Part shown: piece after piece, positions 26,775-36,140 of the stretch | How the letters are laid out: each line of letters starts with the position of its first letter | Position numbering within the stretch: the stretch's first letter is position 1 | From: Candidatus Saccharimonadales bacterium | Lineage (GTDB): Bacteria > Patescibacteriota > Saccharimonadia > Saccharimonadales > UBA4665 | Length of the DNA: 64,000 bases | Direction of reading: 5' to 3' | Assembly: GCA_035510715.1 (NCBI GenBank) | Contig: DATKGQ010000019.1 | Span: 15,153 to 79,152 of the forward strand | Program-made: the position numbers and the translations under genes | Notes under the pieces: model-generated | The model's input: the letters and a program-made list of their open reading frames with translations, nothing else | What the model was told of the DNA's origin: nothing | Databases searched by the model: none

Positions 26775-28262
26775 TTAAAGCCACTTTTTAATCAGCTTGG
26801 CCCTATACGCACCGATGGATTTGGCAATATCGGCTTCGCTTATCCCGGCTAGGGCTCTCGGGCTGCCGAATTGTTTAATCAGTTTCTTTCTGGTTTTAGG
26901 TCCGATACCCGGAATCGTGTCCAGCCCGCTAGCCGTAAGCTGTTTTATTTTTAGAGACGAGTGGTAGCTGACAGCGAAGCGGTGTGATTCGTCACGGATC
27001 CGCTGCAGAAGTTTAATAAGATTCGCCGTCATTGGCAGATTAACCATGATGAAACGGCCGGTGGCACTGGAATTGCCGCTAAGTTTTTTCAACTCCGGCC
27101 CGTTTAAGCGGACACCGGAGCGCTCAATATCAATAACGATCTGCTCTTCCCGCTTGGCCAAGCCGATGAATGGAATTTCCCCGCAATTCCGGGCGTCACG
27201 GGCCTGCAGGGCGGCATCCAGCTGGCCTTTGCCGCCGTCAATCAAAATCAGGTCCGGATTGCCCCAGGCTTGACGGTTTTTATCACTTAGGCGCCGGAAA
27301 ATTGTTTCTTTCATATTTAGAAAATCGTTGTTAAGTTCCAGCTTGGTTTTGAATTTGCGGTAATCCGACTTGCTGCTAACGCCATTGACAAAAACCACCA
27401 TACTGGCCACTACGTCGGTGCCCTGGATGTGGCTGATGTCGTAACCCTCAATCCGTTTCGGCGGCCGGCTTAATCCTAGCAACTTCACCATTTCCCCCAA
27501 GGCATGGTCCTTGCTGATATCAATAAACTCCTTGTCGCCAAAAATGATCTGTTTTTTCAAATTCTGGATAGCAAACAGCTGATTGCGGATTTTGGCGGCC
27601 AGTTCAAAATCTTTTGTCTCGGCAGCCGCCGACATCTCGCGCACTAACTGCTTGGTAATTTTTTGCTGGTTGCCCTGTATATAGCTGATCAGCGCCCTTA
27701 AGTTTTTCCGGTAATCTTTCAGCGAGGTGCGGCCGGTTTCCAAGCCCGGGTCCAGCCCCAAATAATATTGCAGTACCGGACGCTTTTGCCCGGTCGGCTT
27801 TTTCATGGCAAACGGGAATACCCGCCTTAGTCGGCGCAAAGCTTCTTTGACGCTGTAGGCGTTCGGATAAGGACCAAAGTAGCGGGCCTTGTCATCTAGC
27901 GGCCGGCGGGTTAGGCTGACTGTCGGGTAATCACTGCTATAGTCAATCCGGATGTAAACCATCGACTTGTCGTCGCGCAGCAGAATGTTATAGCGCGGCA
28001 GGTAACGCCGGATCATTTCCGCTTCCAGGAACAAGGCTTCGATTTCACTATCCACCACCATCCAGTCGGTGTCGGCAATGTCCGCCACCAGCAGGGAGGT
28101 TTTCAGGTCGCGCGCCAGCGAAGCCTGGAAATATGAGCGGACCCGGTTCTTTAAATTGGCCGCTTTACCGACATAGATTATTTCGCCATGCTTATCTTTG
28201 TGAAAATAAACGCCAGGCTGCATCGGCAACGTTTTCAATTTAGCGGCTAAGTTTTTATTCAT
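26775..28262 (-). CDS. uvrC: Excinuclease ABC subunit C (compact, 495 aa)
   Basis: GIY-YIG (GVYFHKDKHGEIIYVGKAANLKNRVRSY), UVR motif (FELAAKIRNQLFAIQNL), C-terminal HhH (IPGIGPKTRKKLIKQFGS). Confidence 0.9.
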   Translation of the reverse strand: MNKNLAAKLKTLPMQPGVYFHKDKHGEIIYVGKAANLKNRVRSYFQASLARDLKTSLLVADIADTDWMVVDSEIEALFLEAEMIRRYLPRYNILLRDDKSMVYIRIDYSSDYPTVSLTRRPLDDKARYFGPYPNAYSVKEALRRLRRVFPFAMKKPTGQKRPVLQYYLGLDPGLETGRTSLKDYRKNLRALISYIQGNQQKITKQLVREMSAAAETKDFELAAKIRNQLFAIQNLKKQIIFGDKEFIDISKDHALGEMVKLLGLSRPPKRIEGYDISHIQGTDVVASMVVFVNGVSSKSDYRKFKTKLELNNDFLNMKETIFRRLSDKNRQAWGNPDLILIDGGKGQLDAALQARDARNCGEIPFIGLAKREEQIVIDIERSGVRLNGPELKKLSGNSSATGRFIMVNLPMTANLIKLLQRIRDESHRFAVSYHSSLKIKQLTASGLDTIPGIGPKTRKKLIKQFGSPRALAGISEADIAKSIGAYRAKLIKKWL

Positions 28263-28297
28263 AACAGCTCAAATGGCTTAAGATAAAAACTGAAATT

Positions 28298-29005
28298 TTA
28301 AGATTCTTTTTCGGTCGGCGTTGACCCGCTGCCTTCAGCGGCCGGTTCGGCACCTTCAGTTTCGGCGGCCTCTCCGGCCGTTTCGGCTTCTTCGGCCGGA
28401 GTTTCAGCTTCGGCGGCGCCACCAGCGGATTCATTGGCAGCAGCCAAAGCGCTCGGCTCGTAGACCGTGGCAATGGCGTGGGTCGGATCAGTCATAATTG
28501 TCACTCCGGGCGGCGGCACGATATCGCTTACCGAAACTTTGTCACCGATTTCAATCAGCCCTGAGGCATCGATGACCAGTTCGTCCGGCAAATCTTTCGG
28601 CAATGCTTCAACTTCCACGTTGTCAAGCTGGTTGATAACTACCAAGCTCATTTTTTCAGCCGGGATATCATCAGACAAGCGGACAGGGATTTCGGCGGTA
28701 ACTTTTTCATCGGATTTCACGGCCCCGAAGACAATATGGTTGAGCCGGTGTTTGCGCGGATCGAATTCGGCGGTCTTTATCAGGACGGTATAACTCTGGT
28801 CACCGACTTTTAACTGCAGTAGCTGATGCTTACCGGCCTGCAAATAGGCCCGGTGAAGCTGTAAATATGCGCCGCTGACATTAATTGACGGCTTGCCGTG
28901 ATCATGAATAACGGCCGGCAAAAAGCCGTCCCGTCTTAGTTGCTTGACAGCTTTGCCGGTAATAGTCCGTTTCTCAAGGGTCAGACTGATATCTTCATCT
29001 GCCAT
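28298..29005 (-). CDS. rplY: 50S ribosomal protein L25/Ctc with an acidic Ala/Glu-rich tail
   Basis: LTLEKRTITGKAVKQLRRDGFLPAVIH...VLIKTAEFDPRKHRLNHIVF is the L25/Ctc fold. The C-terminal ~45 aa are A/E/T/G low complexity. Confidence 0.88.
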   Translation of the reverse strand: MADEDISLTLEKRTITGKAVKQLRRDGFLPAVIHDHGKPSINVSGAYLQLHRAYLQAGKHQLLQLKVGDQSYTVLIKTAEFDPRKHRLNHIVFGAVKSDEKVTAEIPVRLSDDIPAEKMSLVVINQLDNVEVEALPKDLPDELVIDASGLIEIGDKVSVSDIVPPPGVTIMTDPTHAIATVYEPSALAAANESAGGAAEAETPAEEAETAGEAAETEGAEPAAEGSGSTPTEKES

Positions 29006-29087
29006 TAGTTAATTTCTCCTTTTCTTCTATAGTAATTATACCAGATACGATGCTAAAAACCAGTAGACGTAATTTCTTAAAACCGTT

Positions 29088-29714
29088 ATGGTAGGAACTA
29101 TGTTTAATCCCACCGAGCTGATCCAAAACGGCGGTGTTTTATTGGTCGGCCTGATCATATTTGCCGAATCCGGCATGCTCGTCGGTTTCTTCTTCCCCGG
29201 CGACACTTTATTGCTTACCGGCGGCATATTGGCTGCCCAGGGCAAACTGTCGCTGCTCTTTTTGCTTATCACGGTGATTATCGCCGCTATCGCCGGCGAC
29301 AATACCGGCTACCAGATCGGCTTTTCCCTGGGTCGGCGGTTATTTGCCAAGGGTGACGGTATCTTTTTCCGTAAACGCTACGTCGAAGAGTCCGAAAAAT
29401 TCTATGAGCGGTACGGCTCTAAAACCATGATGCTGGCGCACTTTATCCCGATTATCAGGACTTTCGCACCGATCGTGGCCGGCGCCGGCAAGATGCACCG
29501 GGTGCGGTTTGTTATTTTCGACGCCATCGGCGATACCGCCTGGGCCATCATCGTGACACTGCTCGGATATTGGTTCGGCAGCCGCATACCGAATATCGAC
29601 CACTACATTCTACCGACGGTTGCCACGGTTGTCATTTTAAGTTTCGGACCGGTTATCTACCACGTTGTCAGGGCCCTACTGGCCAGAAAAGGCAAATTGC
29701 CGCCGGAAGATTAA
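29088..29714 (+). CDS. DedA family (VTT domain) membrane protein
   Basis: ESGMLVGFFFPGDTLLLTGG, YERYGSKTMMLAHFIPIIRTFAPIVAG are DedA/SNARE-associated motifs. Confidence 0.85.
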   Translation: MVGTMFNPTELIQNGGVLLVGLIIFAESGMLVGFFFPGDTLLLTGGILAAQGKLSLLFLLITVIIAAIAGDNTGYQIGFSLGRRLFAKGDGIFFRKRYVEESEKFYERYGSKTMMLAHFIPIIRTFAPIVAGAGKMHRVRFVIFDAIGDTAWAIIVTLLGYWFGSRIPNIDHYILPTVATVVILSFGPVIYHVVRALLARKGKLPPED

Positions 29715-29797
29715 ACAAGACAAATACATTCTCGAATTAAGTACTTTAAGACTATTATTGCTAAACTAGTTAGATTAGTCTATTATATGTATTATCA

Positions 29798-30172
29798 ATG
29801 TACGCAGAAGAATGTAAAACTACCGTCGCTCTAGGAGCGGACTGGGGAAATAGATATATCGGCATAGCCCCTCCATTGACTGCTGATGAAGCTAAGGCTT
29901 TGGAGCATCTCGAAATTATCAGCTCCGGTGTCCAAATTGATCTTATAGATAGATTTGAACCGCCTTGCAGTGTGTTGACTGTTGAACTGGATGTGCGGCA
30001 CAACACTAGGCAACTTCGGACAAAACAAGCTCAGGAATTGGCGCACATAATTGCCTTCGCCTTAAAATTATCTAGAAAATGTGAAGTTAGAGAATTGCTT
30101 GTACCGGTAGGTATGGAAGGCCGCTATAGTTCACCCTTTAATCCAAAACCCTACCGATCAAATAACTGCTGA
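29798..30172 (+). CDS. Hypothetical protein (weakly supported)
   Basis: 124-aa ORF in an AT-richer wedge between convergent dedA and uvrA. No obvious Shine-Dalgarno. Competing antisense ORFs. No recognisable motif. Confidence 0.3.
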   Translation: MYAEECKTTVALGADWGNRYIGIAPPLTADEAKALEHLEIISSGVQIDLIDRFEPPCSVLTVELDVRHNTRQLRTKQAQELAHIIAFALKLSRKCEVRELLVPVGMEGRYSSPFNPKPYRSNNC

Positions 30173-32986
30173 TTAGAGTACAATTTTCTTTAAAAACTGG
30201 CCGGTATAGGATACCTTGCTGCGGGCCACTTGTTCGGGCGTACCTTCAGCGATAATTTGGCCGCCGCCTTCACCGCCTTCCAGGCCCATGTCGATCAGCC
30301 AATCGGCGTTCTTTATAACGTCGAGGTTATGTTCAATAATTATCACGCTGTTACCGGTTTCCACCAGGGCATGAAGGGTATGCAGCAATTTCTTGACATC
30401 GGCGACATGCAAACCGGTGGTCGGCTCGTCAAGAATATACAGCGTCCGGCCGGTCGGACGGCGGCTAAGTTCGCTGGCTAATTTGATACGCTGGGCCTCA
30501 CCGCCGGACAGCTGGGTGGCCGGCTGGCCGAGCGCAATATAACCCAGCCCGACATCGACTAAGGTTTGCAGTTTACGGGTGACGGACGGGATGTTCTCAA
30601 AGAATTCCAACGCCTGCTCGCAGGACATCTCCAGAATGTCGCTGATATTCTTGCCCTTGTAATGGACTTCCAGGGCTTCGCGGTTATAACGTTTGCCGTG
30701 ACAGACTTCGCAAGTGATATAAACGTCCGGCAAAAAGTGCATTTCAATTTGGATGATACCGTCTCCGGCGCAGTTTTCACAGCGGCCGCCCTTAACGTTA
30801 AAGCTGAACCGCCCGGGCGAATAGCCGCGTAGCCGCGATTCCGGCACGCTGGCAAACAATTCCCGGATGGGCGTAAACAAACCGGTATAAGTGGCCGAAT
30901 TAGAGCGGGGCGTCCGGCCGATCGGCGACTGATCGATAATAATAGCCTTGTCCAGCTCTTTTATACCTTCGATGTCATCATGGCGGCCGGAAACGGTGTT
31001 GGACCGGTGCAACCTGGCTAGCAGTTCTTTGGCCAGGATATTATTAACCAAGCTCGATTTGCCCGAACCGGAAACGCCGCTGACGACCACCATTTTGCCC
31101 AGCGGTATGGTCACATCGATATTTTTAAGATTGTTTTCGCGGGCACCGCGGATAACCAAGGCTTTGCCGTTGCCCAGTCGACGCTTTTTCGGTACGGCAA
31201 TTGTCAGTTTGTGGGCCAAGTATTGCCCGGTAATGCTGTCGGGGTTGTTCATGACTTCGGCCGGCGTGCCGCTGGCCACTATTTTACCGCCGTGCTGACC
31301 GGCAGCCGGTCCGATGTCCAAAAGATAATCGGCACTGCGAATAGTCTCTTCGTCGTGTTCCACCACGATTATCGTGTTGCCCAGATCGCGCAGATGTTTG
31401 AGGGTGGCAATCAAACGGGCGTTGTCCCGCTGATGCAGGCCGATACTCGGCTCGTCAAGAACATATAACACGCCCATTAATCCCGACCCAATCTGGGTTG
31501 CCAATCTGATCCGCTGGGCTTCACCGCCGGACAGCGACGCCGCGCCTCTTAGCAGTGTCAGGTAATGAAGTCCGACATCCATCAGGAATTGCAAGCGCGC
31601 CTGAATTTCCTTTAACACCTGGTTGGCAATCCGGGTTTGGGTATCATCAAGTTTTAACTTGGCGAAAAAGCCGATGGCCTGTTCGATCGATAAATTGCAG
31701 ATATCCATAATTGATTGGTCGGCGATAGTAATCGCCAAAACCTCGGGTTTCAGGCGTAAGCCCTTACAGACATAACAAAGTTTTTCCTGCATAAACCTCT
31801 CAATATCCCGACGGATGAAATCACTGTCGGTTTCGCGGTGGCGCCGCTCCAGATTCGGCACCACGCCTTCATAAGTCGTCTCAAAGCTCCGGCCACCGCC
31901 TAGACTTACCCGGTAGGTTTCATTACCGGTGCCATACATCAGCCGGTTGACGTTTTCCTTGGTTAACTCGGCCGTCGGCACATGTAGGCTGAAGCCGTAT
32001 TTATCAGCCACGGCTTGCATCTTTTTCATATACCAGGCTTCAATGTTAAACCGGTTAAAGGGCCGGATGGCCCCCTCGGCAATCGTCAGCCGGCCGTTGG
32101 GCATGACCAGCTCCGGATCAACTTCCAGCCTTGATCCCAGGCCGGTGCAGGTCGGACAGGCGCCGTGGGGGGCGTTAAAACTGAACGTCCTCGGTTCCAA
32201 TTCAGGAATCGAGATTTCCGGATGATCGTCGCAGGCGTACATCAGCGAATAGCTATACAAGTGGTTATCATCAGCGTTTAAAACAGCCAGTTTCTTATCG
32301 GCAACTTCGATGGCCTGTTCGATCGACTGCGCCAACCGGCTACGGCTGTCCTCATTGTTGACAACCCTATCGACTACAATCTCAATCGTGTGGCGGATAT
32401 TGCGGTCCAGTTCCGGGAATTCGTCTAGCGCGTAAATAATACCGTCAACCCGGGCCCTGGCAAAACCAACCCGCAGGTATTGTTCCGGGATATGTTCAAA
32501 GACACCTTTTTTATCAATTACGACCGGCGCCAAGATTAGTAACCGGGCGCTCGCCGGTAAGGCTGAAACCTGATCAATAATATTTTCAGTCGTCTGGCGG
32601 GTAACCGGTTTGCCGCAAACCGGACAATGCGGCGTGCCGATCCGGGCGAATAGAAGACGCAGGTAATCAAAAATTTCAGTCACCGTGGCCACCGTACTGC
32701 GCGGGTTGCGGCTGCTCGATTTCTGGTCGATACTGATCGCCGGACTCAGCCCGTCAATTTGATCGACGTCGGGCTTCTCCATCATTCCCAAGAATTGCCG
32801 GGCGTAGGCACTGAGTGATTCAACGTAGCGCCTTTGGCCTTCGGCGTAAATCGTATCAAAAGCCAAGCTCGACTTGCCTGACCCCGATAAACCGGTAATA
32901 ACCACGTATTTATTACGCGGTATAGTCACGTCAATATTCTTTAAATTGTGCTCCCGAGCACCTTTGACAACGATAAAATCTGCCAT
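30173..32986 (-). CDS. uvrA: Excinuclease ABC subunit A
   Basis: 937 aa. Two ABC modules (GLSGSGKSSLAF, GVSGSGKSSLV), LSGGEAQR signatures, zinc-finger Cys clusters. Confidence 0.97.
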   Translation of the reverse strand: MADFIVVKGAREHNLKNIDVTIPRNKYVVITGLSGSGKSSLAFDTIYAEGQRRYVESLSAYARQFLGMMEKPDVDQIDGLSPAISIDQKSSSRNPRSTVATVTEIFDYLRLLFARIGTPHCPVCGKPVTRQTTENIIDQVSALPASARLLILAPVVIDKKGVFEHIPEQYLRVGFARARVDGIIYALDEFPELDRNIRHTIEIVVDRVVNNEDSRSRLAQSIEQAIEVADKKLAVLNADDNHLYSYSLMYACDDHPEISIPELEPRTFSFNAPHGACPTCTGLGSRLEVDPELVMPNGRLTIAEGAIRPFNRFNIEAWYMKKMQAVADKYGFSLHVPTAELTKENVNRLMYGTGNETYRVSLGGGRSFETTYEGVVPNLERRHRETDSDFIRRDIERFMQEKLCYVCKGLRLKPEVLAITIADQSIMDICNLSIEQAIGFFAKLKLDDTQTRIANQVLKEIQARLQFLMDVGLHYLTLLRGAASLSGGEAQRIRLATQIGSGLMGVLYVLDEPSIGLHQRDNARLIATLKHLRDLGNTIIVVEHDEETIRSADYLLDIGPAAGQHGGKIVASGTPAEVMNNPDSITGQYLAHKLTIAVPKKRRLGNGKALVIRGARENNLKNIDVTIPLGKMVVVSGVSGSGKSSLVNNILAKELLARLHRSNTVSGRHDDIEGIKELDKAIIIDQSPIGRTPRSNSATYTGLFTPIRELFASVPESRLRGYSPGRFSFNVKGGRCENCAGDGIIQIEMHFLPDVYITCEVCHGKRYNREALEVHYKGKNISDILEMSCEQALEFFENIPSVTRKLQTLVDVGLGYIALGQPATQLSGGEAQRIKLASELSRRPTGRTLYILDEPTTGLHVADVKKLLHTLHALVETGNSVIIIEHNLDVIKNADWLIDMGLEGGEGGGQIIAEGTPEQVARSKVSYTGQFLKKIVL

Positions 32987-33137
32987 AAGCCGGCCTATTA
33001 TAACCCAAACTGCCGGAAATTAACAGAGTCTAAGGACCAACTTTAGGTTTTTAACATTTATGTTTTTTATCGATACGGCTACAAAATAACAATATTTACT
33101 ATCCGGACAGATAGCATAAGCATTCTAAATAATGTAT

Positions 33138-33167
33138 TTGTATTTTACGCATTGTTATATGTATAAT
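33138..33167 (+). promoter_or_regulatory. Sigma70-like promoter for a small membrane-protein gene
   Basis: TTGTAT (33138-33143), 18 nt, TATAAT (33162-33167). AAGGTGAGG Shine-Dalgarno 5 nt before the ATG at 33188. Confidence 0.45.
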
Positions 33168-33187
33168 TGCTTCAAAGGTGAGGCAAA

Positions 33188-33394
33188 ATGTTCCAAAATT
33201 TCATTATATTAGGTCTAATTCCGGGGACCCATGTTCAAATAAACTTTACCGACTGGATAGTTGTCGCCAGCGTGATAGGTTTATTTATCAGCATGTGGCC
33301 GTTAATCCGGTTTTATATGGTCCGGTTTATGATCCGGCATCAGCTGACATTCATTGTCCAAGCTTTGCTGACTGAAGTCCATCAAGCGGCATAA
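33188..33394 (+). CDS. Small hydrophobic protein (two predicted TM segments)
   Basis: 68 aa, MFQNFIILGLIPGTHVQINFTDWIVVASVIGLFISMWPLIRFYM... Good promoter and SD upstream. Its 3' end overlaps the convergent sbcB stop region by 44 nt. Confidence 0.5.
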   Translation: MFQNFIILGLIPGTHVQINFTDWIVVASVIGLFISMWPLIRFYMVRFMIRHQLTFIVQALLTEVHQAA

Positions 33395-34811
33395 GCTGGC
33401 GCGCCCAACCATCAAGTTCGGTCAGTAATTTTTGGTCGCGGGCAGAAAGTTTGTCGGTCTCAGCCAAAGATTGCAAACGGATAACAAACTTAGCGTAGCG
33501 GCTGAACGACCCGCCCTGCATTAAATGGCGTTGGCAATAATCATGCCAGCGTCTTTTTTCGGCTTCGGTCAGACTTTCAGGATAATTGCGGGCTTTATAA
33601 AGCGGCAGTAACCGCCTTAAACGCCGGTCGGTAAAATCAAATTTAGCTATCGCCAGCTCAGCCGGCAGTGTTCCCCGGACTGCTGAAAAAGATTTTTTAT
33701 CATTATCATCAAAAAAATTTTCGTATAACAAGGTATCAACGCTGGCGGCAAAACCACGGTCGGATTTATGGTTTGTCTCATCTGATAGGCTTAATGCTTC
33801 CTGCAGGGTCGGCCGCCATGACGGCAGGCATTCTTTAAGCTGATGCCAGTGCTTTGTTATGGCGTCCGTGTCAAGATTAAGCCTTAACCGGCTGGTTTCA
33901 TCAAGTACCTTTAACGGCGCGACCGGCGGGCAACGGTTATACCTGATAATTCTAATCGGGTTAGGCTTGGTCCGGTAGTCTTGACCGCCATACCAGCGCC
34001 CGGCCAGTTCTTCGGCGCTAAGTTCGATAAAATCAAGCGGGTTTTGTCGGAGGTCAAACAGCGCGGCTGCGCCTTGGCCGGATAACTCAAACAAAAAGAC
34101 AAAAACCGATGTTTTGTCATATTCATTCTGGTCCGCGCCGGCATAGATAAACGGTTCGGGTCCGGTTACCAGCTGCGCAATTTCACGCTTGTCACGGAAG
34201 TTCAGCAAATAAGCGAATAATCTCGGCTGGGTCCGATGGACTAACCGGGCCAAGGCGATACAGGCAGTGACGTCACTATGGGCGTCGTGGGCCTTAACAT
34301 GTTCCAGTCCGTTGGCAGCAGTTAGATTTTCAAGACTGTTGAGAGGTTTGCCATCGTTACTAACCGGCCATTTGATGCCGTCCGGGCGCAGTGCCCGCAT
34401 CATCCTGATCACATTTAACAGGTCCCAACGGCCGCGGTTGTCCCGCCAGTGCCATTCATAGGCATCGTAAAAATTCCGGTAATTTAGATAACGGATAAAT
34501 TCATCGTCAAAGGGGATGTTGTTATAACCGATAAAAATTGTGCCCGGCAGGGCGATCTGCTCATGGAAAATAGACAGAAAGGCGGCTTCGCTAAGCCCTT
34601 GCTTCAGGGTTTTTTGCGGCGTTATACCGGTAACCAAAATCGCCTGCGGATCCGGCAGGACGTCCTGGGTAAGTTTAATCAGGTAATTGAACGGTTGGCC
34701 GGTTAAGTTCAGGTTCTCATCCGTCCGTTGGCCGGCAAATTGCATTACCCGGTCTTCTTTGGGACTCAAGCCGCTGGTTTCCAGATCATAAAAGAAAAAA
34801 CTTTTTCCCAC
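33351..34811 (-). CDS. sbcB: Exodeoxyribonuclease I
   Basis: FFFYDLETSGLSPKEDRVMQFAGQRTD (DEDDh ExoI motif), YNNIPFDDEFIR, HDAHSDV. I prefer the GTG at 34811, which has AAGGAG 4 nt upstream. The track start is the TTG at 34859. Confidence 0.88.
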   Translation of the reverse strand: MGKSFFFYDLETSGLSPKEDRVMQFAGQRTDENLNLTGQPFNYLIKLTQDVLPDPQAILVTGITPQKTLKQGLSEAAFLSIFHEQIALPGTIFIGYNNIPFDDEFIRYLNYRNFYDAYEWHWRDNRGRWDLLNVIRMMRALRPDGIKWPVSNDGKPLNSLENLTAANGLEHVKAHDAHSDVTACIALARLVHRTQPRLFAYLLNFRDKREIAQLVTGPEPFIYAGADQNEYDKTSVFVFLFELSGQGAAALFDLRQNPLDFIELSAEELAGRWYGGQDYRTKPNPIRIIRYNRCPPVAPLKVLDETSRLRLNLDTDAITKHWHQLKECLPSWRPTLQEALSLSDETNHKSDRGFAASVDTLLYENFFDDNDKKSFSAVRGTLPAELAIAKFDFTDRRLRRLLPLYKARNYPESLTEAEKRRWHDYCQRHLMQGGSFSRYAKFVIRLQSLAETDKLSARDQKLLTELDGWARQLMPLDGLQSAKLGQ

Positions 34812-34827
34812 TTGGCTCCTTAACTTT

Positions 34828-36102
34828 TCAGTAGCGGATGGTTCTCTCGCCGACAACAATCGGCTGGCCGGCTTTAATGCCCTGCCGGATCAATTCATGC
34901 AGGATACCCATCTTCTTCATGATATCCCGGAGCCGGTAAAGGCTAGCCGGATTATCGGGATCGGTCCGGGCGGCAAACCGTTCGATCTTGTTGCCGCTGA
35001 CTGTAAAGCCGTCAGCCAGGCGTTCGACTTTCCAGGTATTAGTGTCGTCCGGTAAGCGCCAGACCGGCAACTGGGCAGTTTCGTCCGCCGGCTGGTGCGC
35101 TTGGCGGGTCTTCTCCCGGTTCACCAGCACAGTAATACGGCGCAGTAACGGCGCCAATCCCTGCCGGGCTTCAGCCGATATGGCAATTATCGGCGATTTC
35201 GGCGGGCTGACTGAGCGAATAAGCGTTTTCAGCTGGGACACGGCAGTTTTACTCATGTCCTCGGTCTTATTTAGAACAATGATTTGCGGCCGGGCGGTAA
35301 GGTCGGTTTTATACGCTTTCAGTTCGGCCTGGATGGTCTTATAGGCCTCCCGGACATCAATCAGCGTGGCGTCAATCAAGTGCAGGATAACCAAGGTACG
35401 TTCAATGTGGCGCAGGAAATCATCGCCCAGTCCCTTGCCTTCAGCGGCACCTTCAATTAACCCCGGGATATCAGCAAACAGCAGACTCGTATTACCCGGC
35501 ATAGCCACCACGCCAAGATTCGGGGTTAGCGTCGTAAAAGGATAATTATTAATTTCCGGGTGGGCATTACTGAGCGCTGCCAGCAATGTTGATTTACCGG
35601 CATTCGGCAAGCCGACCAGCCCGACATCGGCAATCAGTTTCAGCTCCAGATCAAGTTCGAATTCCTGACCGGGTTCGCCTTTTTCGGCTATTTGGGGCGC
35701 CTGGCGGGTTGAACTTTTAAAGTGGGCGTTGCCATAGCCGCCTTGGCCGCCGATGGCTACCACCACGCGGGCATCATCTTGGGCCAGATCGGCAATAACA
35801 TCCCCGGCAATACCAAGCAACATTGTGCCAATCGGCACCTCAACAATAATATCTTCGCCGCTTTTACCCCGGCAGCGCTGTTTGCCGCCATCCTCGCCGT
35901 CTTGGGCAACGAGCCTTTTTTGAAACCGGAATCGGGACAGAGTGTTCTGGTTGCGGCTGGCAACAAAAATCACATCACCGCCCTTACCGCCGTCACCGCC
36001 GTCAGGACCGCCGCGATCAACAAATTTTTCACGCCGGAAACTTACGTGACCGTGGCCGCCGTTGCCGGCTTTAATAAAAACATGCGTTTTATCAACAAAC
36101 AT
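34828..36102 (-). CDS. obg: GTPase Obg
   Basis: MFVDKTHVFIKAGNGGHGHVSFRREKF, GGPDGGDGGKGGDV glycine-rich Obg fold, GLPNAGKST G1, DIPGLIEGA G3, NKTED G4. Confidence 0.95.
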   Translation of the reverse strand: MFVDKTHVFIKAGNGGHGHVSFRREKFVDRGGPDGGDGGKGGDVIFVASRNQNTLSRFRFQKRLVAQDGEDGGKQRCRGKSGEDIIVEVPIGTMLLGIAGDVIADLAQDDARVVVAIGGQGGYGNAHFKSSTRQAPQIAEKGEPGQEFELDLELKLIADVGLVGLPNAGKSTLLAALSNAHPEINNYPFTTLTPNLGVVAMPGNTSLLFADIPGLIEGAAEGKGLGDDFLRHIERTLVILHLIDATLIDVREAYKTIQAELKAYKTDLTARPQIIVLNKTEDMSKTAVSQLKTLIRSVSPPKSPIIAISAEARQGLAPLLRRITVLVNREKTRQAHQPADETAQLPVWRLPDDTNTWKVERLADGFTVSGNKIERFAARTDPDNPASLYRLRDIMKKMGILHELIRQGIKAGQPIVVGERTIRY

Positions 36103-36140
36103 ACTTATATTTCATCATAAATCATTAATCTTTTCAATTT

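Noticed and set aside
28255-28473. 72-aa alternative-frame ORF overlapping the L25 tail and the uvrC start
   Set aside because: It is a product of the low-complexity GC-rich repeat encoding the L25 acidic tail. It is a K/P/R-rich artefact.
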